NCBI GenBank assembly: GCA_965233165.1
Contig: CBDDRX010000102.1
Span: 8,776-72,775, forward strand
DNA: 64,000 nucleotides
Direction: 5' to 3'
Source of the DNA: an uncultured bacterium
GTDB taxonomy: Bacteria > Pseudomonadota > Gammaproteobacteria > Burkholderiales > SG8-39
Position 1 is the first letter of the stretch, and every line of letters begins with the position of its first letter. This document shows, piece after piece, positions 19,542-28,990 of the stretch. Under the pieces are notes generated by a model that worked only from the letters and a program-made list of their open reading frames with translations, did no database searches and was not told the origin of the DNA. A program made the position numbers and the translations under genes.

Positions 19542-19828
19542 ACGCCCTCTACGATCCGAAAGTCGCGCTCGACGCTGTCGCCCAGAATGCGCAGTGCTTC
19601 CTGGTACCCCGGTCCATCGTGCACCGCGTGCGCGGCCTTCAGGCTGTCGAACTCCACGACGACCGTGCGCTGCACCACGCCCTGCTCATAGGCCTTGTCG
19701 GCCATGCCGCGCACCACGAACCGCCCGCCGCCTGCCTGGATCGCGGGGCCGGCGAGCTTCGCGTACGCCGCGAGCTGGTCGGGATTGCTGATCTTGCGGT
19801 AGCAGGAAACCCAGTAGCCTTTTGCCAT
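19538..19828 (-). CDS. DUF1330 family protein
   Basis: MAKGYW...GGRFVVRG...RTVVVEFDS...YQEA; GGAG RBS upstream. Confidence 0.85.
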   Translation of the reverse strand: MAKGYWVSCYRKISNPDQLAAYAKLAGPAIQAGGGRFVVRGMADKAYEQGVVQRTVVVEFDSLKAAHAVHDGPGYQEALRILGDSVERDFRIVEGV

Positions 19829-19933
19829 GCCGTCGCTCCTCGTTATCGGGTGCCCGTAATGTAGGCCAAACCGCGACAGCCGGAAGGCGCGTACGGCGGG
19901 CGCGCGGGCTGCTACACTGGCCCCGCAAGCGTC

Positions 19934-20839
19934 ATGAAACGGACCGCGGTCTACAGTCCTTCCCGCTCGCGAGGCGCGCCCTTCGCGGCCTCGCCGCAGC
20001 CGGAACACCCCGTTGTTTCCCAAAGGAAAGCGTTCCGCCTGCCCGATCGCAAGGCAATGCTGCGGGCCGGCGCGGCGCTCGTGGTCGCGCTGGCGCTCGC
20101 GGCGGCATGGCTCGCGCCGCGCGGGATGAACCAGGCACAGGTGGACGAGGCGATCCAGCGCGCGCTGGAGGCCCAGGGGACGGCGCGCCCGCCGGTGGCG
20201 GATGCGTACGAGAAGATCGCCCCGTCCGTGGTGCACGTGCGCGGCCTCGCCACCGAGGCGGACGAGCCCGAAGTGGAGGGCAAGCCGGCGACGCCGGCGG
20301 CGGAAGGCAACGTCGGCACGGGCGTGGTGATCATCGACGACGGCACGATCCTGACGAACCTGCACGTCGTGGCGGGCGCCCGGCGCGTGCGCGTCACTTT
20401 CGCGGACGGCACCGAGTCCTCCGCGGACGTGATCGGTACGCGCCCGGAGCACGACCTCGCGGTGCTCAAGGCGCAGAAGATCCCCGACGACCTGTTCGCC
20501 GCGACGCTGCGCTCCACCCACGGGCTGCGCCCGGGCGACGAGGTCGTGGCGGTCGGCTTTCCCTTCGGCATCGGCCCGTCCGCGACCGCCGGCGTGATCT
20601 CGGGCCTGAAGCGCGAGTACCGCTCGCCCGAGGGCCAGCGCATCCTCACCAACCTGATCCAGTTCGACGCGGCGGTGAACCCCGGCAACTCCGGCGGCCC
20701 GCTCGTCACCACCGAAGGCGAAGTCGTCGGCATCGTCACCGGGCTGCTCAACCCGACCGAGCAGCGGGTGTTCGTCGGCATCGGCTTCGCGGTGCCGATC
20801 GAGAACGCGGCCGGCGCGGTGGGACTCAACCCCTTCTAA
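19934..20839 (+). CDS. Membrane-anchored trypsin-like serine protease (HtrA-like, no PDZ)
   Basis: ILTNLHVV, DLAVLK, DAAVNPGNSGGPL. Confidence 0.9.
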   Translation: MKRTAVYSPSRSRGAPFAASPQPEHPVVSQRKAFRLPDRKAMLRAGAALVVALALAAAWLAPRGMNQAQVDEAIQRALEAQGTARPPVADAYEKIAPSVVHVRGLATEADEPEVEGKPATPAAEGNVGTGVVIIDDGTILTNLHVVAGARRVRVTFADGTESSADVIGTRPEHDLAVLKAQKIPDDLFAATLRSTHGLRPGDEVVAVGFPFGIGPSATAGVISGLKREYRSPEGQRILTNLIQFDAAVNPGNSGGPLVTTEGEVVGIVTGLLNPTEQRVFVGIGFAVPIENAAGAVGLNPF

Positions 20840-20850
20840 GGGAAGCGACG

Positions 20851-21870
20851 ATGGAAAACACGCATCTTCCACACGATGCAGCGGAAGTGTCCTCGCTCAT
20901 GGAGCGCATCCTCTACGAGGTCAAGAAGGTCGTCGTCGGCCAGGACCACTTCCTGGAGCGCGTGCTCGTGGCGGTGCTTGCGCAGGGGCACCTGCTCGTC
21001 GAGGGCGTGCCCGGCCTCGCGAAGACGCTCACCGTGAAGACGCTCGCGCAGGCGATCCGCGGCCAGTTCCGCCGCATCCAGTTCACGCCCGACCTCGTCC
21101 CGGCGGACCTGGTCGGCACCCGCATCTACAACCAGAAGACCGGCGAGTTCAGCACCTCGCTTGGGCCGGTGTTCTGCAACCTGCTGCTCGCCGACGAGAT
21201 CAACCGCGCGCCGGCGAAGGTGCAGAGCGCGCTCCTCGAGGTCATGCAGGAGCGCCAGGTGACGATCGCCGGCGACACGCACCGCGTGCCCGACCCGTTC
21301 CTCGTCATGGCGACGCAGAACCCGATCGAGACCGAAGGAACGTACCCCCTGCCGGAGGCGCAGGTCGACCGCTTCATGATGAAGGTGCTGGTCGGCTACC
21401 CGACCGAGGCGGAGGAGTTCGTGATCGTCGAGCGCGTCACCGGCGCCATGCCGGCCGTCGCGGCGGTCGCCTCCACCGAGGAGCTGAGCGTGCTGCAGCG
21501 CCAGTGCCGCAGCGGCTACGTCGAGCCTTCGCTCATGCAGTACGCCGTGCGCCTCGCCGCCGCGACGCGCGCGCCGCAGGACTTCGGGCTGAAGGACCTG
21601 CAGAAGTACGTCACCTACGGCGCCAGCCCGCGCGCCTCCATCCACCTCATCGAGGGGGCGAGGGCGCTCGCTTTCCTGCGCGGACGCGACTACGCGCTGC
21701 CGGAGGACGTAACCGACCTGGTGCCGGATGTGTTCCGCCACCGCCTGGTGCTGTCCTACGAGGCCCTCGCCGAGGGTATTAGCGCCGACGAGCTGATGAA
21801 GCGCGTGATGCAGGCCGTGCGCGCCCCCGAGAAGCCGCTCCGGGCCCATGTTCAAGTGGCTGGCGCGTAG
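20851..21870 (+). CDS. moxR: MoxR family AAA+ ATPase
   Basis: GVPGLAKT, RIQFTPDL, LADEINRAPAKVQSALLE, ATQNPIE. Confidence 0.93.
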   Translation: MENTHLPHDAAEVSSLMERILYEVKKVVVGQDHFLERVLVAVLAQGHLLVEGVPGLAKTLTVKTLAQAIRGQFRRIQFTPDLVPADLVGTRIYNQKTGEFSTSLGPVFCNLLLADEINRAPAKVQSALLEVMQERQVTIAGDTHRVPDPFLVMATQNPIETEGTYPLPEAQVDRFMMKVLVGYPTEAEEFVIVERVTGAMPAVAAVASTEELSVLQRQCRSGYVEPSLMQYAVRLAAATRAPQDFGLKDLQKYVTYGASPRASIHLIEGARALAFLRGRDYALPEDVTDLVPDVFRHRLVLSYEALAEGISADELMKRVMQAVRAPEKPLRAHVQVAGA

Positions 21871-22825
21871 ACCGTCGCCGCCGGGGACGACCTCCGGCAG
21901 CGTGACGCCGATCCGGGCCCGCAGCCCGGAGGCGGTGCTGCGCCGGATGGAATGGACGGTGCTGCGCCGCCTCGACGGGCTGCTGCAGGGGGACTTCCGC
22001 ACGCTTTTCCGCGGCCACGGCCTCGATCTCGCCGACCTGCGGGAATACCAGTACGGCGACGATGTTCGCCATATCGACTGGAACGTGACCGCCCGCCTGC
22101 AGACCCCGTATATCCGGGAGTACCACGAGGACCGCGAGATCACTGCGTGGTTCCTGCTCGACCTCAGCCCGTCGGTGGACTTCGGCTCGCACGAGGTGCG
22201 CAAGCGCGCCGTCTCCGAGAACTTCGTCGCCGTGCTCGGCCGGCTGCTGACCCGCCACGGCAACCGGGTCGGGGCGATGCTCTACGGGAGCGGGGTGGAG
22301 TCGGTGATCCCGGCGGGCAGCGGACGGCGGCACATCCTCGGCATCCTGCACGCCATGGGCGCGCCCCGGCGCGCGCAGAGCGAGCGTCGCACGGACCTCT
22401 CGGACCTCCTGAACGCCGCCGCCCACATGATCAACCGGCGCTCGCTCGTCTTCGTGGTCTCGGATTTCTTCAGCGAGCCGGGATGGCAGCGCCTGCTCGG
22501 CACGCTCGCGCAGCGGCACGAGATCATCGCCGTGCGCCTCTATGATCCGCTCGAGTCCGAGCTCCCCGACCTCGGACTGGTGCCGTTCCGGGACGCCGAG
22601 ACCGGGGAGCAGGTGCTGGTCGATACGCACGATTCGGCGTTCCGGGCGCGCTTCGCCGCTGCGGCCGCGAAGCGGGAGGCGGCGCTGCGCGCGGGCTTCG
22701 CCGAATCGGCCGTCGACGTGCTGGAGCTCTCGACCGAGGATGACCTGGTCGACTCGGTGCTGCGCTTCACCGACCTCCGGAAGCGCCGCAGCCGCACCGC
22801 CGGCTCGCCGAGGATGGCGGCATGA
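21848..22825 (+). CDS. DUF58 family protein
   Basis: LREYQYGDDVRHIDWNVTAR; VVSDF. Confidence 0.92.
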   Translation: MFKWLARRPSPPGTTSGSVTPIRARSPEAVLRRMEWTVLRRLDGLLQGDFRTLFRGHGLDLADLREYQYGDDVRHIDWNVTARLQTPYIREYHEDREITAWFLLDLSPSVDFGSHEVRKRAVSENFVAVLGRLLTRHGNRVGAMLYGSGVESVIPAGSGRRHILGILHAMGAPRRAQSERRTDLSDLLNAAAHMINRRSLVFVVSDFFSEPGWQRLLGTLAQRHEIIAVRLYDPLESELPDLGLVPFRDAETGEQVLVDTHDSAFRARFAAAAAKREAALRAGFAESAVDVLELSTEDDLVDSVLRFTDLRKRRSRTAGSPRMAA

Positions 22826-23871
22826 GCTTCATCTGGCCGGAGCTCCTCTGGCTGCTCCTCGCGGTGCCCCTGCTCGTCATGGCTTACCTGTGGGTCCTGG
22901 GGCGGAAGAAGAAGTTCGCGCTGCGCTACGCGAGCCTCGACCTCGTCAAGGAAGCGATGGGCACGCGAATCGGCTTGCGCCGCCATGTGCCGCCGCTGCT
23001 CTTCCTGGCGGCGCTCGCGATCATGATCGCCGCGATCGCGCGGCCGCAGGCGACCGTGACGCTGCCCTCGCAGCACGAGACGGTGATCCTGGCCATGGAC
23101 GTCTCGGGCAGCATGCGCGCGGCCGACGTGGAGCCGAACCGGCTCGTCGCCGCGCAGAACGCCGCCAAGGCCTTCATCAACGAGCAGCCCGACAGCGTGC
23201 GGGTCGGCATCGTCGCCTTCGCCGGCACGGCGACCGTGGCGCAGGCGCCGACCAGCAACAAGGAGGACCTGGTCGCCGCGATCGACCGCTTCCAGCTGCA
23301 GCGCGCCACCGCGATCGGCAGCGCCATCCTTGTGTCGCTCGCGACGATCTTCCCGAAGGACGGCATCGACGTCGCGACCTTCGGCTGGGGGGCGGACCAG
23401 AAGGGCGCCAAGGGCAAGCACGACGGCGCGGACCGCACCACCGGACCGGGGAACACGAAGCCCGTGCCGCCCGGTTCCTACCGCTCCGCCGTGATCATCC
23501 TGCTGACCGACGGCCAGCGCACCACCGGTCCGGATTCCATCGCCGCGGCGCGCCTCGCGGCCGACAAGGGCGTGCGCGTCTTCACCGTGGGCGTCGGCAC
23601 GCCGGAAGGCAAGATCGTCGGCTTCGAAGGCTGGTCGATGCATGTGCGTCTCGACGAGGAGACGCTCAAGACCATCGCCGACGTCACCCGCGCCGAGTAC
23701 TTCTACGCCGGCAACGCGCTCGACCTGAGGAAGATCTACGAGAGCCTGAATTCGCGCCTCGTGATGGAAACGCGCAAGACCGAGGTGACGGCGCTCTTCG
23801 CAGCCGCCGCGGCGCTCCTCGCCACGATCGCCGCGCTGCTCTCGATGGTCTGGTTCAACCGCATCCTCTAG
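22822..23871 (+). CDS. vWA domain membrane protein (BatA-like)
   Basis: N-terminal TMs, IARPQ, MIDAS DVSGSM, LLTDG. Confidence 0.9.
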   Translation: MSFIWPELLWLLLAVPLLVMAYLWVLGRKKKFALRYASLDLVKEAMGTRIGLRRHVPPLLFLAALAIMIAAIARPQATVTLPSQHETVILAMDVSGSMRAADVEPNRLVAAQNAAKAFINEQPDSVRVGIVAFAGTATVAQAPTSNKEDLVAAIDRFQLQRATAIGSAILVSLATIFPKDGIDVATFGWGADQKGAKGKHDGADRTTGPGNTKPVPPGSYRSAVIILLTDGQRTTGPDSIAAARLAADKGVRVFTVGVGTPEGKIVGFEGWSMHVRLDEETLKTIADVTRAEYFYAGNALDLRKIYESLNSRLVMETRKTEVTALFAAAAALLATIAALLSMVWFNRIL

Positions 23872-24017
23872 TCAGTCCAGTCGTCGTCCTTCGGCAGCGG
23901 CTTCACGCCGGGCGGCGGCTTGTCCTTGCGCCGCAACCAGCCGAAGAGGAACAGCCCGCCCAGGCCGGCCGCGGCGAGCACGAGGAAGACGGCGAGCCAG
24001 AGCGTCCCCTGTGACAC
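23868..24017 (-). CDS. Small (49 aa) single-TM protein, not in the ORF track
   Basis: MSQGTLWLAVFLVLAAAGLGGLFLFGWLRRKDKPPPGVKPLPKDDDWTD; strong GC3 codon bias; fills an intergenic gap. Confidence 0.65.
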   Translation of the reverse strand: MSQGTLWLAVFLVLAAAGLGGLFLFGWLRRKDKPPPGVKPLPKDDDWTD

Positions 24018-24048
24018 GGGGATTGGACGGCCGAGGCCGCGGGCGAGT

Positions 24049-24669
24049 TCAGCGCGGGAGCAGAAGGACTACGGTGGCGGCGGCGGAGGCGAGGGAAAGG
24101 CCGAGGATGACAATGCCGCAGGCGCGCGGGAAGCGCTCGGCCAGCCGGTCGAACGGCAGGTACATGGTGTCGGCGCCCTGCAGGGCCTGGCGGGTCGAGA
24201 CCCAGCGGTCCGACCAGGCCTCGATGCCCTCCAAGGCGCGCGGGGCTAGGGCCATCATGAGGCCCACGGCGACGCATAGGGCGCTGCCCGCGACGAGCAT
24301 CCACCGCAGGCTTTCGATGCCGATCGCCGCGAGCGAGTGGCCCGGGGGCGCGCCGAGCGCCGCGCCCAGCCGGCGCGGCTCGAGGCTCCAGATCAGCACG
24401 ATCAGCGCATAGGCCGCGGCGGCAGCGAGCAGCAAACCGAGCCACAGGCGCCGCCCGCGCACGCGCTGCTCGAGGGTTCGCGGCACCTCGAGCGGCTTCA
24501 TGACCTGCCGCGAGGACACCCAGCGGTTCATGTCGCGCATGGCGGCGAGCGTGCGCTCGGTGCGAAGGAGAAGGCAGGCGCCGAGGAGGATCCCGGCGAA
24601 GCTGCCGCACAGCGCCAGGATCTTGAAGAACGGCACGAGGATCTGCGCCAGCGCCGCGGTCGTGCTCAC
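24049..24669 (-). CDS. Uncharacterised multi-TM membrane protein with internal repeat
   Basis: About four hydrophobic segments; RWVS[ST]RQ occurs twice; GTGA overlap with the upstream gene. Confidence 0.7.
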   Translation of the reverse strand: MSTTAALAQILVPFFKILALCGSFAGILLGACLLLRTERTLAAMRDMNRWVSSRQVMKPLEVPRTLEQRVRGRRLWLGLLLAAAAAYALIVLIWSLEPRRLGAALGAPPGHSLAAIGIESLRWMLVAGSALCVAVGLMMALAPRALEGIEAWSDRWVSTRQALQGADTMYLPFDRLAERFPRACGIVILGLSLASAAATVVLLLPR

Positions 24670-25301
24670 GGCGCCACCGGCCGGTCTTCGATGGGAAAGG
24701 GCGAGGGCGCGCCGGCGAGCCATGCCCTGCCGTGGGCATAAAGGCGCTCGACGACCGGACCCTTGAGCTGCGGGAGGTCCAGCTTGATCCTGAAGCCGAG
24801 CTTGGTCTGCAGGTAGGCGAGGTGCCGATAGCCCTCCGGGAAGGAGCCGAGGAGATCCGGATCGAGCTTCAGCGCTGCCGCCGGGTTCACCGGGTCCATG
24901 CGGTCCTTCTCGTAGATCGGCTGCCGGCGCACGATCGCCCACCTTTGATTTCTTCTTTCGAAGAAATCAAAGAACCTGCCCGTGCAGACGACGTCGACCG
25001 TTTCCTTGTCGAGCTCGCCGCGCTGGCTGATGGTCATCTTGGTCTGGGCGATCGCGCGGCTGCCGCGGACGTCCACGCTCGAGCCGCCGAGGAAGTGCAG
25101 GATGCTCACCCCCTGGTCGAAGCCGGCCTTGCTGACTTCGATGAACTTCGCCGCCGGTCCCTGGAACCAGGTGGCGGTCATCCAGCCGTCGTCGTGCCAG
25201 ACGGTGCGGAAGCGCTCCCAGTCGCCGGCGTCGCGCCAGAGCGCCCAGTTCTGCACCACCTCGACGACCGCGGCGCGGTCCTCCATCGCCTGCCGGTCCA
25301 C
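24666..25301 (-). CDS. SnoaL-like / NTF2 family protein
   Basis: WALWRDAGDWERF, ILHFLGG, CTGRFFD, RQPIYEKDR. Confidence 0.8.
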   Translation of the reverse strand: MDRQAMEDRAAVVEVVQNWALWRDAGDWERFRTVWHDDGWMTATWFQGPAAKFIEVSKAGFDQGVSILHFLGGSSVDVRGSRAIAQTKMTISQRGELDKETVDVVCTGRFFDFFERRNQRWAIVRRQPIYEKDRMDPVNPAAALKLDPDLLGSFPEGYRHLAYLQTKLGFRIKLDLPQLKGPVVERLYAHGRAWLAGAPSPFPIEDRPVAP

Positions 25302-25305
25302 GCGG

Positions 25306-26262
25306 CTAGTCGACCTTGGCGCCGGAGAGCCGCACGACGCGCTCCCACTTCTTGATGTCCTCGCGCATGAACTGGCCGAACTGGTCGACCGACATCCCCA
25401 TCGGCACGGCGCCCTGCTTGCCCCAGCTTTCCTTCACCTCGGCGGAGTTCACGACCTTCTGCACCTCCGCGCTCAGCCGGTCGAGCACGGGGCGCGGCGT
25501 CGCCGCCGGCGCCATCAGCCCCAGCCAGATCGTCGCCTCGTAGCCGGGCACGCCGGCTTCGCCGACCGTCGGCATGTCCGGAGTGATCGCCGAGCGCGCC
25601 TTGCCGGTGGTGCCGAGCGCGCGGACCCTGCCGCCGCGCGCATGGCCGGCCATGGTGGTGATGGCATCGAACATCATGTGCACCTGCGCGCCGAGGATCG
25701 CGACGCGCGCCTGGTCGCTGCCCTTGTGAGGCACGTGGACGATGTCCACGCCGGCCATGGTCTTGAAGAGCTCGCCGGCCATGTGGTACGGCGTTCCCGG
25801 GCCGGACGAAGCGTAGAACAGCTTGCCCGGATGCGCCTTCGCGATCGCCAGGAACTCGCGCAGGTTGTTCGCCTGCACGGACGGATGGATCACCAGCATC
25901 AGGTCGGAATAGTTGATGCCGCTGATCGGCGCGAGGTCCTTCATCAGGTCGTAGGGCTTCTTCGGGATCAGCGTCTCGTTGACCGTGTGGGTGTTCGACA
26001 TCACCAGGAGGGTATGGCCGTCGGCCGGGGATTTCGCGACCGCGTCGGTCCCGACCACGGCGCCGCCGCCGGGGCGGTTCTCGACCAGGAACGGCTGGCC
26101 CAGCGCTTCGGAGAGCTTCGCCCCGACGAAGCGCCCGTAGATGTCGGCCGGCCCGCCCACGCCGAACGGCACGACGATGCGTACCGAGCGGGTCGGATAC
26201 TGCTGCGACCATGCATTGAGGCTGAGCGCCGCGGCGAGCACGGCAAGGATTGCGCGAATCAT
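25306..26262 (-). CDS. Bug/TctC tripartite tricarboxylate transporter substrate-binding protein
   Basis: YPTRSVRIVVPF..GG..D, VENRPGGG, DGHTLL, HVPHKG. Confidence 0.93.
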   Translation of the reverse strand: MIRAILAVLAAALSLNAWSQQYPTRSVRIVVPFGVGGPADIYGRFVGAKLSEALGQPFLVENRPGGGAVVGTDAVAKSPADGHTLLVMSNTHTVNETLIPKKPYDLMKDLAPISGINYSDLMLVIHPSVQANNLREFLAIAKAHPGKLFYASSGPGTPYHMAGELFKTMAGVDIVHVPHKGSDQARVAILGAQVHMMFDAITTMAGHARGGRVRALGTTGKARSAITPDMPTVGEAGVPGYEATIWLGLMAPAATPRPVLDRLSAEVQKVVNSAEVKESWGKQGAVPMGMSVDQFGQFMREDIKKWERVVRLSGAKVD

Positions 26263-26304
26263 GGTCCCCCCTCCATTTGTTGACGCTTAGAATACCTGCG
26301 ACCC

Positions 26305-27228
26305 ATGAGAATACTCGTCACGGGCGCGGCGGGCTACATCGGTTCCGCGCTGGTCCGCGCGCTGTCCCGGGAGCACCAGGTGCTCGCCACCGACCAGGCG
26401 GCGATGGATTTCGGCCCCGGCGTCGAGAGCGTGACCGGCAATCTCGCCTATCCCAAGTTCGCGCGCTCGCTCGTTACACCGGAAACGGGGGCCGTATTCC
26501 ACCTCGCGTCGCTCGTTTCCGGCGGCGCCGAGCAGAACTTCGAGCTGGGAACCAAGGTGAACCTGGACGCGACCCGGGACCTGCTCGAGGCCTGCCGCCT
26601 CTCCGGCCACGCACCGAAGTTCCTCTTCGCCTCGTCGGTCGCGGTCTACGGCGGCCGGGGCGGCGAGATCGGCGACGACACGCCCGCGCGGCCGCGGCTT
26701 TCCTATGGCGCGCAAAAGCTCGTGGGCGAGATCCTCATCGACGATTACTCGCGCCGCGGCTTCCTCGACGGCTGCTCGCTGCGGCTGCCGGCGGTCATGG
26801 TGCGCCCGGGCACGGCGAACACCGCGCTCACCGGCTGGGTGAGCGCGCTCGTGCGCGAGCCGCTTGCGGGCCGGGACTACGTCTGCCCAGTCGCGCCCCA
26901 CACCATCATGGCCTGCATCTCCGTCGGCAAGGTGGTCGAGGCCTTCCTGCACGCCGCGCATCTCGACCTGAAGGACGAAAGGACGTTCCTGCTTCCGGGC
27001 ATCCCGGTGAGCGCGCAGCAGATGTGGGACGCCGTGCGGGACAGGGCAAAGGGGAAGGTGACCTTCGACCCGGATCCGCGCATCCAGCCGCTGATGGACG
27101 CGGCGCCGCGCCGCACGCATTCGGCGCTGGCGCACAGACTGGGCTTCCGGGGAAACCGGGACATCGCGGAAATCGTGGATGAATACGAAAAAGACCATAC
27201 CCATCCTGCCCTCGCGCGTCACGGTTGA
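26305..27228 (+). CDS. NAD-dependent epimerase/dehydratase (D-erythronate dehydrogenase-like SDR)
   Basis: TGAAGYIG, HLASLVSGGAE, SYGAQK, DYSRRGFLDG, VRPG. Confidence 0.85.
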   Translation: MRILVTGAAGYIGSALVRALSREHQVLATDQAAMDFGPGVESVTGNLAYPKFARSLVTPETGAVFHLASLVSGGAEQNFELGTKVNLDATRDLLEACRLSGHAPKFLFASSVAVYGGRGGEIGDDTPARPRLSYGAQKLVGEILIDDYSRRGFLDGCSLRLPAVMVRPGTANTALTGWVSALVREPLAGRDYVCPVAPHTIMACISVGKVVEAFLHAAHLDLKDERTFLLPGIPVSAQQMWDAVRDRAKGKVTFDPDPRIQPLMDAAPRRTHSALAHRLGFRGNRDIAEIVDEYEKDHTHPALARHG

Positions 27229-28861
27229 GGGACTGGATCGCGCGCCGCACCGCGCGTTCCTGCACGGCCTCGGGCTTAAGGACGCCGACATCGCGAAGCC
27301 GTTCGTCGGCGTCGCCTCCACCGACGGGCGCGTCACGCCGTGCAACGCGCTGCTCGGCGGCTTCGCGCGCGAGGCTTGCGCGGCCGTGCGCGAGGCGGGC
27401 GGCACGCCGTTCGATTTCGCCTCGATCTCGGTGGCCGACTCGATGTCCATGAACCACGGCGGGATGCGCTACTCGCTCGTCTCGCGCGAGATCATCGCCG
27501 ACGGGGTCGAGGCGGTGGCGCGCGGCCATGCCTACGACGCGCTCGTCACCTTTGCCGGCTGCGACAAGACGCTGCCCGGGATGATGATGGCGATGGTGCG
27601 CCTGAACCTGCCGTCGGTGTTCGTCTATGGCGGCGCCGCCCTGCCCGGGCGCCGCAACGGCCGGGACATCACCGTGCTCGACACCTATGAAGCGGTCGGC
27701 GCGGTGCTCGCCGGGCGGATGCAGGAGAGCGAGCTGAAGGCGCTGGAGGACAGCTGCATTCCCACGCTCGGCTCCTGCCCCGGCCAGTTCACCGCCAACA
27801 CGATGGCCATGGTCTCCGAGACCCTCGGCCTCGCGCTTCCCGGTTCCGCCACGTTGCCTGCCGTTGCGGAAGAAAGATCTTCCGTTGCCAAGGATGCGGG
27901 TCGCAGGGTGATGGATCTGCTGAGGACGGGCGGGCCCCTGCCGAGGGACCTGGTGACGAAGAAGAGCCTCGAGAACGCCTGCGCCGCGGTGGCGGCGACC
28001 GGCGGCTCCACCAACGCCGGCCTGCACATCCCGGCGATCGCGCACGAGGCGGGCATCCGCTTCACCCTGGATGATTTCGCGCGCGTCGCGAAGCGCACCC
28101 CGCTCATCGCGGACATGAAGCCCGGCGGGCGTTTCCTCGCGAAGGATCTGCACGCCGTGGGTGGCGTCTACACGGTACTCAAGGCGCTGCTGACGCACGG
28201 TGCCCTCCATGGCGAGTGCCTGACTTTGGCAGGGACGACATTGGAATCGGAGCTCCTGAAGCGTCCGGAGGCAGACGGTGAAGTCGTCAGGAAAACACCG
28301 ATCATGAAGACCGGCGGCCTCGTGGTCCTGAAAGGGAACCTGGCGCCGGATGGAGCGTTGCTCAAAGTCGCGGGACTGAAGTCACTGGTCTTCGAAGGCA
28401 GGGCAAGGGTGTTCGATTCGGAAGAGGCGTGCGCGGAGGTGGTACGGAGGAAGGCGTACAAGGCAGGGGATGTCCTGGTGATCCGCTACGAAGGCCCGCG
28501 CGGCGGGCCGGGGATGCGGGAGATGCTCGGCGTGACGGCGCTGATCTACGGCCAGGGCATGGGCGAGAAGGTCGCGCTCCTCACCGACGGCCGATTTTCC
28601 GGCGCGACGCGCGGGATGATGATCGGCTACGTCTCGCCGGAGGCCGCCACCGGCGGGCCGTTGGCGCTGGTGAAAACGGGCGACCGGATCGTCATTGATG
28701 CGGTGAAGGGAACACTGGACATGAAGATCGACAAGGCGGAGCTGGCAAGGCGCCGGAAGGCATGGAAGCCGAAGCGCCTGAGCGTGGCCGGAGCGCTGGA
28801 GAAATATGCTGCGCTCGTCGGGCCGGCGAACCTCGGCGCAGTGACGCACAGCGGAGGTTAG
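27179..28861 (+). CDS. ilvD: IlvD/Edd family dihydroxy-acid dehydratase
   Basis: TPCN, GCDKTLPG, CPGQFTANTM, GGSTN, YEGPRGGPGMREM, TDGRFSGAT. Confidence 0.88.
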   Translation: MNTKKTIPILPSRVTVEGLDRAPHRAFLHGLGLKDADIAKPFVGVASTDGRVTPCNALLGGFAREACAAVREAGGTPFDFASISVADSMSMNHGGMRYSLVSREIIADGVEAVARGHAYDALVTFAGCDKTLPGMMMAMVRLNLPSVFVYGGAALPGRRNGRDITVLDTYEAVGAVLAGRMQESELKALEDSCIPTLGSCPGQFTANTMAMVSETLGLALPGSATLPAVAEERSSVAKDAGRRVMDLLRTGGPLPRDLVTKKSLENACAAVAATGGSTNAGLHIPAIAHEAGIRFTLDDFARVAKRTPLIADMKPGGRFLAKDLHAVGGVYTVLKALLTHGALHGECLTLAGTTLESELLKRPEADGEVVRKTPIMKTGGLVVLKGNLAPDGALLKVAGLKSLVFEGRARVFDSEEACAEVVRRKAYKAGDVLVIRYEGPRGGPGMREMLGVTALIYGQGMGEKVALLTDGRFSGATRGMMIGYVSPEAATGGPLALVKTGDRIVIDAVKGTLDMKIDKAELARRRKAWKPKRLSVAGALEKYAALVGPANLGAVTHSGG

Positions 28862-28909
28862 GCAGTGCCGAGTTCCCGTGTGCGCTGGATGATGTTGCGG
28901 TTATTGCCA

Positions 28910-28990
28910 GGCAAATAGCCGGCCAGATAATCGGCAAATAGCCGCTTGCGTAATAGTCAAATGGACGGTATCCTGATCGGCAAATGGCCG
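28910..28990 (+). repeat. Four 12-bp quasi-palindromic repeats at 23-bp period
   Basis: GGCAAATAGCCG at 28910 and 28933, GTCAAATGGACG at 28956, GGCAAATGGCCG at 28979. Confidence 0.9.

Noticed and set aside
28910..28990. Phased repeats as a mini-CRISPR
   Set aside because: 12-bp repeats and 11-bp spacers are too short, there are no cas genes, and the array overlaps a start codon
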